From Microgenomates group bacterium (GTDB taxonomy: Bacteria > Patescibacteriota > Microgenomatia > PFEM01 > JBNASD01), in NCBI GenBank assembly GCA_049720225.1, contig JBNASD010000002.1:1622-65621 (forward strand): a DNA stretch of 64,000 bases. The letters are read 5' to 3'. Position 1 is the stretch's first letter. Each line of letters begins with the position of its first letter. The notes under the pieces are model-generated. The model saw only the letters and a list, made by a program, of their open reading frames with translations, did no database searches and was not told where the DNA came from. This document shows, piece by piece, positions 40,360 through 49,522 of the stretch. The position numbers were made by a program, and so were the translations under genes.

Positions 40360-40695
40360 TTAGCGATTAAAAATTTTAATTCCCGTAATCACTTCAATTA
40401 TTTGTATTATCCAATAACTTAAAAAAATAATCAATAACCCTGTTAGGGAAGCGGTAAGAGTTTTTTGCCAGTTTTTGGAAGCTTCTTGATCTCCTTTTCC
40501 GGCATTTATAATAAACATTAAACCAGCAACAAGAACAAGAATAAAAGTAATTACTCCTGCAATAATATAAACATTAGGAAGAATTGCCGAAATAAGACTT
40601 CCTAAACTTTGATATTCAGAAACATTTCCAATTCCTTTGTTGGGTTTTAAAAAAAACTGTTCACCAATATTTACCTGAGCAAGATAATTTTTCAT
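40360..40695 (-). CDS. T4SS pilin-like protein, paralogue 7 (divergent)
   Basis: 111 aa; FIINAGKGDQEASKNWQKTLTASLTGLLIIFLSYWI. Confidence 0.5.
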   Translation of the reverse strand: MKNYLAQVNIGEQFFLKPNKGIGNVSEYQSLGSLISAILPNVYIIAGVITFILVLVAGLMFIINAGKGDQEASKNWQKTLTASLTGLLIIFLSYWIIQIIEVITGIKIFNR

Positions 40696-40754
40696 TTCTT
40701 TAAGTTTAACAATGCCTTTTTAAATAGTCAAATTTTTGCTATAATTTCTGTTTA

Positions 40755-41822
40755 ATGAAGTTTAGTCATTATCTGACTTCTTATATCAATTCCGCTAAAC
40801 CTCTTTTAGATGATTTTTTTGAGGAACAAAAAAATGAAGCCGAAAAAATTTCCCCCTTAGCCGGAGAGATGATTGATTATTATCGCAATTTTATGGAGGG
40901 AGGAAAAATGATTCGGGGGATGTTAACCAAATTGGGTTATGAAATTGCCGGAGGAAAAGAGGAAGAAAAAATTCTTTGGGTTTCTTTATATCCAGAAATC
41001 ATTCATAGTTTTTTGTTAATTCATGATGATATTATGGATGAGGACGAAATAAGAAGGGGAAAACCGACTGCCCATCTTTATTATGCTTTTTTAGGAAGAA
41101 AAAAATATCATTTAAAAGATGCTTCTCACTATGGTTTATCAATGGCGATTGATTTGGGTGATTTAGGAAACTATTTGGCTGGCGAAGCGTTGTTAAAAAG
41201 TAATTTTCCTCCAGAAAAAATATTGGCGTTGATAAAATTGGCCAATCGAATTTTTTTAGATACCGCTTTTGGCCAAGCGTTAGATATTACCGGCGAAGCA
41301 AAGAAAAATTGGAGCAAAAATTATATTTTAAAAATTTTTCTTTTTAAAACCGCCCGTTATTCGGTAGTTGGCCCTTTACAATTTGGAGCAGTTTTGGCGA
41401 ATGCTAATAAAAAATTCTTAAACGCCTTTAAAAATTATGGAGAAGCGGTGGGAATTGCTTTTCAAATTCAGGATGATATTTTGGGAATGTTTGGAGAAGA
41501 AGAAATTGTTGGTAAAGATACCGGAAAAAGGGATATAAAGGAAGGAAAATTAACTTTATTAATTGAAGAAGCTCAAAAAAGAGCTTCACCTGAACAAAAA
41601 TTGTTTCTAAAAAGGGTTTACGGAAAAAGGGATATTTCTTCTAAAGAAGTAAAGGAAGTAAAAGAAATTATCATTAATACCGGTGCTTTAGAATATTGCC
41701 AAAAATATGCTCAAAAGTTGGTAGAAAAAGGAAAAAAATTTATTCCCCAAATTACTCCCTTAAAAGATTTTCAGGAAGTTTTAGAAACTTTTGCTGATTT
41801 TGTAATTGAAAGAAAAAAATGA
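40755..41822 (+). CDS. polyprenyl diphosphate synthase (trans-isoprenyl, IspA/GGPPS family)
   Basis: 355 aa; first Asp-rich motif LIHDDIMDED and second motif FQIQDDILG. Confidence 0.85.
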   Translation: MKFSHYLTSYINSAKPLLDDFFEEQKNEAEKISPLAGEMIDYYRNFMEGGKMIRGMLTKLGYEIAGGKEEEKILWVSLYPEIIHSFLLIHDDIMDEDEIRRGKPTAHLYYAFLGRKKYHLKDASHYGLSMAIDLGDLGNYLAGEALLKSNFPPEKILALIKLANRIFLDTAFGQALDITGEAKKNWSKNYILKIFLFKTARYSVVGPLQFGAVLANANKKFLNAFKNYGEAVGIAFQIQDDILGMFGEEEIVGKDTGKRDIKEGKLTLLIEEAQKRASPEQKLFLKRVYGKRDISSKEVKEVKEIIINTGALEYCQKYAQKLVEKGKKFIPQITPLKDFQEVLETFADFVIERKK

Positions 41823-42322
41823 GAAAGAAAGAAATTTTTAGCCGTTATTTAATTAATCGTCTTTATCAATTTATTTATTGGCGGACAAAAAATAAAGATG
41901 ATGCCGAGGAAATTTTGCAAGAAACCTTAAAAAATGCTTGGCAATGTTTGTCGCTTTATTCTAAAAAATCATCCTTTTTTACTTGGCTTTGCGGAATTGC
42001 TAAACATGAGATTGCCGATTATTACCGCAAGAAAAAGATAAAAACGATTTTGTTTTCTTGGTTTCCTTGGTTGGAGAATTTAGTCAGCGAAGCTTTAGGA
42101 CCGGAGCAAGAATTTTTGAAAAAGGAATTTTTAAAAAGAGTTAATGAAACTTTTAATCAATTATCCGAAGGATATCGGGAGGTTTTACGACTAAAGTATA
42201 TAGAGGGACTAACCGTTAAGGAAATTGCCCAAAAATTAAATGAAACCGTTAAAGCCATTGAATCACGGCTTTTCCGCGCCCGAAAAGCTTTTACCAAAGC
42301 TTTTGCTGCTAACTATTCTTAA
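41819..42322 (+). CDS. ECF-type RNA polymerase sigma factor (sigma-70 family, group 4)
   Basis: 167 aa; region 2 (TLKNAWQ...) and region 4 HTH LRLKYIEGLTVKEIAQKLNETVKAIESRLFRARKAF; ATGA overlap with the upstream gene. Confidence 0.8.
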   Translation: MRKKEIFSRYLINRLYQFIYWRTKNKDDAEEILQETLKNAWQCLSLYSKKSSFFTWLCGIAKHEIADYYRKKKIKTILFSWFPWLENLVSEALGPEQEFLKKEFLKRVNETFNQLSEGYREVLRLKYIEGLTVKEIAQKLNETVKAIESRLFRARKAFTKAFAANYS

Positions 42323-42617
42323 AGAAGGTTATCTTCTTTTGGCAAATACTTACGGATTTTTGGTTCACCCCTATTTAACCTTAAAAAAAATTTCTCAGGA
42401 TCGGTCACAGGGATTGATTTTTTTAAGTTTATGGTTGGGAGGATGGTTGGCGGTAGGAATTTTTTTAGTTTTAGGGAAGTTAATTGTTTGGTTTTTTCCT
42501 GATTTTTGGTGGGTTAAAAAATTTTTTTGGTTAATTGCTTTGGGAGGAGGATTTTTTCTTTTGGTTTTTAGCTTGTATTTAGGTTACTGGTTAGTTATTT
42601 TTTGGAGGAAAAAATGA
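42240..42617 (+). CDS. small polytopic membrane protein, candidate anti-sigma factor
   Basis: Three predicted TM helices directly downstream of the ECF sigma. The track ORF overlaps the sigma gene in another frame; an in-frame TTG at 42339 would give a non-overlapping 93-aa protein. Confidence 0.35.
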   Translation: MKPLKPLNHGFSAPEKLLPKLLLLTILKEGYLLLANTYGFLVHPYLTLKKISQDRSQGLIFLSLWLGGWLAVGIFLVLGKLIVWFFPDFWWVKKFFWLIALGGGFFLLVFSLYLGYWLVIFWRKK

Positions 42618-42832
42618 GTATCCCGCAAAATTGGCGATTGGGACCAATTATATTGACATTAACCGGAGAACAGTGCGGAGGGTGTGGAGAAAAAATTTTC
42701 CCCCCCCGAGATTTATGTCCTAAATGTAGAGAAAGAGTTTTGCCAGAAGGAAATAACTTGGCAAAAGAGATTAGAGAAGGACGTACTCCCGCGCCGAAAA
42801 TTTTTTATGGAGGAAAAGAAAGAGAAATTTGA
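42602..42832 (+). CDS. small zinc-ribbon protein (CxxC...CxxC)
   Basis: 76 aa; CGGCGEKIFPPRDLCPKCRER. Confidence 0.35.
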   Translation: MEEKMSIPQNWRLGPIILTLTGEQCGGCGEKIFPPRDLCPKCRERVLPEGNNLAKEIREGRTPAPKIFYGGKEREI

Positions 42833-42885
42833 TTTTTCTTTTTGAAGTGCTAAAATTTACCAGTTTAATTAAACAACCAATTTAA

Positions 42886-43605
42886 ATGAGTAAACAAAGA
42901 AAAATTAAATTGGATCCAAACAATATCCCTAAACATATTGGGATTATTATGGATGGTAATCGCCGTTGGGCAGCAAAAAGAGGGTTAACGCCGACTCAAG
43001 GGCATGAAGCAGGAGTAAAAGCTTTGGTAAAAATCGTTGAGCATTGTTTAGATTTAGGGGTAAAAACTTTAACCGTTTATGCTTTGTCCACAGAAAATTG
43101 GCGAAAAAGAGCCAAAGAGGAGGTAAGAGGAATTTTTAATTTGCTAGTAAGAATAGTTCAAGAAAAAAAGAAGGAGTATCAAGAAAAAGGGATTAAAGTG
43201 TCGGTTTTGGGTGATTTTCAGGCTTTTCCCCGGAAGGTAGTGCGGGCAATAAAGGAAATTTTATCAATTGTTAAGAAAAACGAGAGATTAAAATTAAATA
43301 TCGCTTTAAATTATGGAGGAAGAAATGAAATTTTAAGGGCGGTAAAAAAAATTATTGCCGAAGGAATTCCCCCAGAAAAATTAACGGAAGAAAATTTTAG
43401 TAAATTTTTATATACCAATGGGGAACCAGATCCTGATTTAATTATTCGTACGGGAGGAGAAATTCGCCTTTCTAATTTTTTACTTTGGCAAATGAGTTAT
43501 TCTGAGCTCTATTTTACTGATACGTTGTGGCCTGATTTTACGCCGGAAAAATTAGATGAAGCAATTGCTGATTATCAAAAAAGACAAAGAAGGTTTGGGA
43601 AATAA
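42886..43605 (+). CDS. uppS: undecaprenyl diphosphate synthase (cis-isoprenyl transferase)
   Basis: 239 aa; HIGIIMDGNRRWA and other UPPS motifs. Confidence 0.9.
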   Translation: MSKQRKIKLDPNNIPKHIGIIMDGNRRWAAKRGLTPTQGHEAGVKALVKIVEHCLDLGVKTLTVYALSTENWRKRAKEEVRGIFNLLVRIVQEKKKEYQEKGIKVSVLGDFQAFPRKVVRAIKEILSIVKKNERLKLNIALNYGGRNEILRAVKKIIAEGIPPEKLTEENFSKFLYTNGEPDPDLIIRTGGEIRLSNFLLWQMSYSELYFTDTLWPDFTPEKLDEAIADYQKRQRRFGK

Positions 43606-43620
43606 TTCAATTTTAAATTG

Positions 43621-43956
43621 TTAAAATATTGTGATTCCCAATATTACTTCCAAAATTTGAGTGAGCCAGTAGGCTAAAAAAATGATTAAGAAGCCAATTA
43701 AGGCAGAAGTAATTCTTCCTTGGGCTTTTTTGGTTGTTTCCGGATTTCCTCCTGAGGTTAAGAGTTCAAATCCTCCCCAAATTAACATTCCAAACAGAAT
43801 TAAACCGGCAATAATAAACAAATAAGGTAAAAGGGCAGAAATAATTTCTCCTAAGGTTAAATCAGTTTTGCTAAGATCAATTTTTGGCGTAACCGTTGGT
43901 TTTAAGGCGTCTTTTAGTGTTTTAAAATCAATTTGAGCTAAAAGTTTTTTTTCCAT
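43621..43956 (-). CDS. T4SS pilin-like protein, paralogue 8
   Basis: 111 aa; LLTSGGNPETTKKAQGRITSALIGFLIIFLAYWL. Confidence 0.6.
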   Translation of the reverse strand: MEKKLLAQIDFKTLKDALKPTVTPKIDLSKTDLTLGEIISALLPYLFIIAGLILFGMLIWGGFELLTSGGNPETTKKAQGRITSALIGFLIIFLAYWLTQILEVILGITIF

Positions 43957-44516
43957 TATGGTGTACCAAAACCGGGAATATTTAAAATTTTTACCCCAAT
44001 TAATTCTAACAAAAATATTGAAAAAAGAATAAATAAAAGACCACTTAAGGCGGAGGTGATCATTTCTTGACCGGCTTTAACATTTTCGGGATTACCAGCG
44101 GAGGTGAGAATTTTGATTGCCCCAAAAATGATTAACAAAAAACCAATTCCCCCCCCAATACCAATAGCAAATTTTAAAAACCAGACTACAAAACCATTCG
44201 GTTTAATAGGAATACATCCTAAGGCAGTTTGAATTCCTTCTTGATCTTCTCCGTTACAAGCTACCAGCTGCCTGTAGGTAGGTATACAACATTTTGTTGG
44301 TCCTCCTCTTGTAGGTGGGCAGTCTTTTTTTCCAACATCTATTGGTTTGTCCGAAGGACAATTGACTCCTGCAGGACGACATTCGCCTCCAATTTTTCTA
44401 CAATCATTACCCGCCTCAGCCAAAACATTTTTGGGAAATAAAAAGAAAGAAACAATTAAAAATAAATTAAAAAAGATTAAAAAAACTATCTTTTTCATTT
44501 TTAAAAAGTTTAACAT
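43956..44516 (-). CDS. T4SS pilin-like protein with N-terminal Cys-rich domain, paralogue 9
   Basis: 186 aa; signal peptide plus Cys-rich segment (CRKIGGECRPAGVNCPSDKP...CCIPTYRQLVACNG) followed by ILTSAGNPENVKAGQEMITSALSGLLFILFSIFL. Confidence 0.55.
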   Translation of the reverse strand: MLNFLKMKKIVFLIFFNLFLIVSFFLFPKNVLAEAGNDCRKIGGECRPAGVNCPSDKPIDVGKKDCPPTRGGPTKCCIPTYRQLVACNGEDQEGIQTALGCIPIKPNGFVVWFLKFAIGIGGGIGFLLIIFGAIKILTSAGNPENVKAGQEMITSALSGLLFILFSIFLLELIGVKILNIPGFGTP

Positions 44517-44606
44517 AAGAAAGAAGAAAGAAGCAATAAGAAAGACAGAATACGAAATTAGGTAGAGTTAAAGCGAAAAGGAGGAAGCGTGATATACTTA
44601 AAATAA

Positions 44607-46352
44607 ATGAAAAAGAAATTAAGGTACTTTATTATCTTTTTTTTTCTTTTTTCTTTTTCTTTTTTAACTTTTAATTTTTCCTTTGCTGCTACCTGTAATA
44701 CTGCCGATTGTTCTTCTCCTGAGGATTGTCAGCAAAAAATTAAGGAATGTGAGGAAATCATTAATGCTTATCAACCCGCTCAAGAGAAAAATAAGGAACA
44801 ACTGGTAACTTTAGAAAAACAAATTAACAATTTAGAAAAATTAATTAAAAATGCTGAAGAGCAAATTAAAAGGTTAGAAAAAGAAATTTTGGTTCGTTCA
44901 GAAAAATTAGAATCTCAAAGAGAAATTTTTAATACTCGGGTGAGAAATTACTATATTCGTTCTCAATATTTTTCTCCCTTTTTAATTTTTTTAGCTTCAG
45001 AGAATGCCAATGTTTTAACTCGGGAACTTTCTTATCGGCTGGCAGTAGCCAATGAAGACAAAAAATTAATTATTAAAATTGCCGGCGAATTGGCAAAATT
45101 AGAAGAAGATAAACAAAATTTAGCGAAAAATAAAAATTGGTTAGCCAAAAGCAAAGAAAATCTTAATAAACAGTTTGCTTTTTTAAAAAGCGAAATAGAA
45201 AAGGTAGATCAATTTTTAGGCGAAGTTAAGGGGAAAATTGCCGCTTTATCTGCTCGCCAAAAAGCTTTACTTTCCGCCAGAGCCGGAACTTTTACTTCTT
45301 CGGTAGGAGAGGTGCCTGTTAGTTCCATTCCTTGTTCGGGACCGCCGGGAAGTCCTACTTATTGTGATCCGGGACCAGGCAATTGGTTTGCCGCTTTTTC
45401 TTTTGGCGCTTGGACTCATCGGAAGGGTTTAAGTCAATATGGAGCTAAGGGAAGAGCCGAGGCTGGACAAAACTATAAAGAAATCTTGCGTGCTTATTAT
45501 GGAAGAGAACCAGTAAAAAAAGATATTGGGGGGACAATTTCGGTAATTGGGTTTGGAGAATTGGATTTTGAATATTATTTGTTAGGAATTGCCGAGATGC
45601 CTTCTTCGTGGCATTCGGAAGCCTTAAAAGCTCAGGCGGTGGCGGCGCGTTCTTATGCCTACCGTTATAAACAACAAGGAAAGGCAATCTGCACTACTCA
45701 AGCCTGTCAAGTTTTTTCTAAAAGTAAAGCAGATAATCCTCCGGCAGAGTGGCGGAAAGCGGTAGAGGAAACAAGAGGAGAAATTGTGGAAGAAGTGATT
45801 GCTTTTTATTCCTCAACTGCCGGCGGTTATTTAACTTATCCTTCGGCTTTTTGGGATACTACTGATGGGCAAGGAGGTCCAGGATTTGCTTCCCGAGCTT
45901 GGGAAAGTAAAGGTGGTTCTCCTTGGTTTTATTCTTCTTGGTATACCCAAAGCTACAAAGCGGACTCTCCCAAATGTGGTCGAAGCCATCCTTGGTTAAG
46001 CGAGCAAGAAATGGCGGATATTTTAAATGCTTGGTTTGTTTTAAATAAGCAAGGAGGAGATGAAAGAATTCTCCCGGTGACAATTAATCAATGTCCGGTC
46101 GATGGAGGAGGGGGGAATCCTTATTCTTTAGAAGAATTAAAAAATAAAGCCCAAAGTTTAGGAGGTGCCTTTACCAATGTAAATTCCGTTCGGGTTGTTT
46201 ATAGTAATAACGGGGAAACCGCCCAAGTAATTTTTCAAACCAATAAAGGAGAAGTTAATATTTCTGGTCAAGAATTTAAACAGGCTTTTAATTTAAGAGC
46301 TCCCGGTTATATTGCCATTCGTAGTCCGCTTTTTAATGTTGAAAAAAAATGA
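44607..46352 (+). CDS. SpoIID/LytB-domain protein with N-terminal coiled coil
   Basis: 581 aa; signal/TM, long coiled coil, then YLLGIAEMPSSWHSEALKAQAVAARSYA... and QACQVF, the SpoIID/LytB amidase-enhancer domain. Confidence 0.75.
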   Translation: MKKKLRYFIIFFFLFSFSFLTFNFSFAATCNTADCSSPEDCQQKIKECEEIINAYQPAQEKNKEQLVTLEKQINNLEKLIKNAEEQIKRLEKEILVRSEKLESQREIFNTRVRNYYIRSQYFSPFLIFLASENANVLTRELSYRLAVANEDKKLIIKIAGELAKLEEDKQNLAKNKNWLAKSKENLNKQFAFLKSEIEKVDQFLGEVKGKIAALSARQKALLSARAGTFTSSVGEVPVSSIPCSGPPGSPTYCDPGPGNWFAAFSFGAWTHRKGLSQYGAKGRAEAGQNYKEILRAYYGREPVKKDIGGTISVIGFGELDFEYYLLGIAEMPSSWHSEALKAQAVAARSYAYRYKQQGKAICTTQACQVFSKSKADNPPAEWRKAVEETRGEIVEEVIAFYSSTAGGYLTYPSAFWDTTDGQGGPGFASRAWESKGGSPWFYSSWYTQSYKADSPKCGRSHPWLSEQEMADILNAWFVLNKQGGDERILPVTINQCPVDGGGGNPYSLEELKNKAQSLGGAFTNVNSVRVVYSNNGETAQVIFQTNKGEVNISGQEFKQAFNLRAPGYIAIRSPLFNVEKK

Positions 46353-46388
46353 TAGAATAAAATCGATTAAAGGATTTTAATTAAAAAA

Positions 46389-47045
46389 GTGCCAGACATT
46401 TTTGTTACCCACGAGGAAAAGAAAATAAATATCTCTGAAACTCGAAAAAAAATAAAGGAAGAGTTAAATCAACTTTTGGGAAAAAGTTCACAGTTTTTGG
46501 CTTCTTTTATTCCCCAACCACGAAATTTAAGATTTGAAACCCAAGAAAAAGAAGAAAAAATTATTTTGCTTTTGCGTCGTCACCCCATCACTCTTCTTCC
46601 TTGGGTAATTTTAGTAGTCCTTCTTTTGGTAGCTCCCTTTTTTCTTTTAAAAGTTATCTCTTTTGAATTTCTTCCTGAAAACTTTCGGATTGTTTTTTTT
46701 CTTTCTTGGTATCTTTTTACTTTTGCTTTGGCTTTTGAAAAATTTTTAACTTGGTTTTTTAATGTCAATATTCTTACTGACGAACGGATAATTGATATTA
46801 ATTTTCCTACTTTACTTTATCGCGAAATTAGTGAAGCAAAATTGGATCGAATTCAAGATGTGAGTGTAAAAACTGGAGGATATATTCGCTCTTTATTTAA
46901 TTTTGGGGATGTGACTATTCAAACTGCAGGAGCAGTTCCAGAAATTTGTTTTGAAGATGTTCCTAATCCCCAACGGGTTTCGCAGGTAATTAATCAATTA
47001 CTTTATGAAGAAGAACTGGAAAAAATGGAGGGAAGAGTAAAATGA
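46389..47045 (+). CDS. bPH_2 (YdbS/DUF304-like) membrane protein
   Basis: 218 aa; two TM helices followed by a bacterial PH-like domain (ERIIDINFPTLLYREISEAKLDRIQDVSVKTGGYIRSLFNFGDVTIQTAG). Confidence 0.5.
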   Translation: MPDIFVTHEEKKINISETRKKIKEELNQLLGKSSQFLASFIPQPRNLRFETQEKEEKIILLLRRHPITLLPWVILVVLLLVAPFFLLKVISFEFLPENFRIVFFLSWYLFTFALAFEKFLTWFFNVNILTDERIIDINFPTLLYREISEAKLDRIQDVSVKTGGYIRSLFNFGDVTIQTAGAVPEICFEDVPNPQRVSQVINQLLYEEELEKMEGRVK

Positions 47046-47293
47046 CGCCTTTTGATAATTTTTTGAATTTTTTAATTAATTTTTTTCCCCAACTTAATTT
47101 TTGGGGGGTAATAAAAATTTTTGTGATTATTGCGTTTTTTTTGTATCTTGGTTTTGCGTTAATAATTGTTCGCCAAGTAGGGTTAATGAGTAAAACCTTA
47201 GATGGGGGGTTTAAAACTCAAATTAAAATTTTAAGCTGGATTCATTTAATTGCCGCTGTCTTGATGCTTTTTATTTGTTTTTGGATTTTATGA
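47042..47293 (+). CDS. small membrane protein
   Basis: 83 aa, two hydrophobic helices; ATGA overlap with the upstream gene. Confidence 0.3.
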   Translation: MTPFDNFLNFLINFFPQLNFWGVIKIFVIIAFFLYLGFALIIVRQVGLMSKTLDGGFKTQIKILSWIHLIAAVLMLFICFWIL

Positions 47294-49071
47294 AATTAGA
47301 AACTGCCAAGATTGTTGGTGTTGCTACTCCAATCTTTTGGTCTCAGGTTCATATTTTTTTTCCTACTGAAGAAGAAAAAATTAGTCGTCGTGGGCAGTTA
47401 ATTGCGGTAATAAGTATTGAAAAAACACAACAAGAGGGAGAAATTGCTTCTATTGGTAAAGAAATAATTGCTCGACTTCATGAAGAGTATTATGGTTGGT
47501 TAGAAAACTCTCCTTTTGCTCAGTTAAAACAAGCAGTAGAAAGAGTTTTTCAGGAAGCGAATGGCAATTTTAAAGTAGAAATTATTGCTGGAAGTTTGGT
47601 AAAAAATGTTCTTTGTTTAGCTTTTAGAGGAGAAGGAGAAGCTTATTTATTGCGAGAGGGAAAATTAGGGAAAATTTTAAAAGGAAATAGTTTAACAATA
47701 GAGACCGCCAGTGGTTTTGTTGAAAAGGGCGATATTCTTTTATTGGGGAGTAAAAAATTTTTTGAAATTATTCCCCGAAATACCATTGAATTAGCCTTGA
47801 AAGAAAATTCTCCTTTTCAAGCTTGCGAAATTTTAAGCCCATTAGTTTTAGGGGAAAAGGAAGGATTAGCGAGTGCGGTGGTAGGAAAAGTAATTCAAGA
47901 CGAAGAGGAAAAATTAGAAAAGCCAGAAGAGTCATTTTTAATTTCCAAAAAAAGAATAAATTTTCCTTTAATTTTTGGAAAAATCAAACAAAAAATCATT
48001 GCCGTTCCTAAAAAAGAAAAATCTTCTCAAAGTTTAATTACCGTAGCTTTAATTTTGTCCTTATTATTAGCGGTGGGAGTAATTTATGGAGGAAAAGAAA
48101 GAAAAAAGAAAGAAAGGGAAAAACAAATTAAAGAAATTCTTTCTCAGGTAGCAGTTAAAAAACAAGAGGGAGAATCCCTTTTAGTTTTAAATCCTTCTAA
48201 AGCGCGAGAAACTCTTAAAGAAGCAGAAAAACTTCTTGAAGAACTAGGAGAAATTCCTCCTGAATTGGCAAAGACAAAAGAAGAATTAAGATTTTCTTTA
48301 GAGGGGATTTTAAAAGAATATCAGCAAGAACCGGAACTTTTTTTTGATTTGGAATTAATTAAAAAAGAAGGGAAAGGAAAAGAGTTTCTTTTTACTCAGG
48401 GGAAGATTTTAGTTTTAGATCAAGAGAACGGAGCAATTTATCAAGTAGATAAGGAAAAAAGATCAACCATTTTGGTTAGTAGTGAAGAAATTAAAAAAGG
48501 AAAAAAATTGGCGGTTTTTAAAGAACAAGTTTTTCTTCTTACCTCCGAAGGGATTTATCGATTAGAAAAAGAAAGCTTGGAAAAATTAGTTGAAGTTGAT
48601 TCCGAAATAAAAGATTTTGCCATTTTTGCAGGAAATATTTATACTCTTGATTCTTCTTCGGTGTGGATTTATTCTTCGGTGGGGGAAGGTTTTTCGCCTA
48701 AAAGAAAGTGGTTAAATGAAGAAAGGGATTTTTCTTTAGCAACCCAAATGATAATTAATGGTTCAATTTGGATAGTAAATGGAGGAAAAATAGAAAAATA
48801 TTTTCGAGGAAAACAGGATATTTTTCGCCCCGAGGGATTGGACAAAAATTTTTCTTCCGAGTTATTATTAGCGGTAGGAGAAAAGGATAACTTTCTTTAT
48901 ATTTTGGACAAGGGACACTCTCGATTAGTCGTTCTTAATAAAAATGGCCAATATTATGCTCAATATCTGTTTAAAGGAGGAAACTTTAGTGACTTAACTT
49001 TAGACGAAGAAGGTAAAATGATTTTCCTTCTTCAAGAAAGCAAGATTTTTCAATTAAAATTAAAAGACTAA
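47275..49071 (+). CDS. hypothetical single-pass membrane protein with large N- and C-terminal domains
   Basis: 598 aa; TM near residue 260 (SLITVALILSLLLAVGVIYGG); no domain recognised. Confidence 0.4.
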   Translation: MFLDFMKLETAKIVGVATPIFWSQVHIFFPTEEEKISRRGQLIAVISIEKTQQEGEIASIGKEIIARLHEEYYGWLENSPFAQLKQAVERVFQEANGNFKVEIIAGSLVKNVLCLAFRGEGEAYLLREGKLGKILKGNSLTIETASGFVEKGDILLLGSKKFFEIIPRNTIELALKENSPFQACEILSPLVLGEKEGLASAVVGKVIQDEEEKLEKPEESFLISKKRINFPLIFGKIKQKIIAVPKKEKSSQSLITVALILSLLLAVGVIYGGKERKKKEREKQIKEILSQVAVKKQEGESLLVLNPSKARETLKEAEKLLEELGEIPPELAKTKEELRFSLEGILKEYQQEPELFFDLELIKKEGKGKEFLFTQGKILVLDQENGAIYQVDKEKRSTILVSSEEIKKGKKLAVFKEQVFLLTSEGIYRLEKESLEKLVEVDSEIKDFAIFAGNIYTLDSSSVWIYSSVGEGFSPKRKWLNEERDFSLATQMIINGSIWIVNGGKIEKYFRGKQDIFRPEGLDKNFSSELLLAVGEKDNFLYILDKGHSRLVVLNKNGQYYAQYLFKGGNFSDLTLDEEGKMIFLLQESKIFQLKLKD

Positions 49072-49072
49072 A

Positions 49073-49522
49073 ATGAAAATTATTAATCGTCGAGCGGTTT
49101 ATGATTACGAAATTTTGGAAAAACTTGAAGCAGGAATTGCTTTAACTGGTTCAGAGGTGAAATCAATTAAAACCGGCCACCTTGATTTAAATGAGGCTTT
49201 TATAAAGATTAAGGAAGGAGAAGCTTGGCTTTTTAACGCCCATATTTATCCTTATAAATTTGCTTTTTTAAAAGAAGAATATGACCCTCGGCGACCAAGA
49301 AAGTTGTTATTACATAAAAAGGAAATTTTAAAATTAGCCCAAAAAACAGCCTCTTCCGGTTTGACAATTATTCCTCTTTCTTGTTATACTAAAAACGGCA
49401 AAATTAAATTGGAAATTGCTTTAGCCAAGGGAAGAAAAAAATATCAAAAAAAGGAATTGTTGAAAAAAAGGGAAGTGGAGAAAGAAATTGAGGAAAGTTT
49501 AAGAAAAGACAAATGGGGATGA
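49073..49522 (+). CDS. smpB: SsrA-binding protein
   Basis: 149 aa; GIALTGSEVKSIK, PRKLLLHKKEI motifs. Confidence 0.9.
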   Translation: MKIINRRAVYDYEILEKLEAGIALTGSEVKSIKTGHLDLNEAFIKIKEGEAWLFNAHIYPYKFAFLKEEYDPRRPRKLLLHKKEILKLAQKTASSGLTIIPLSCYTKNGKIKLEIALAKGRKKYQKKELLKKREVEKEIEESLRKDKWG

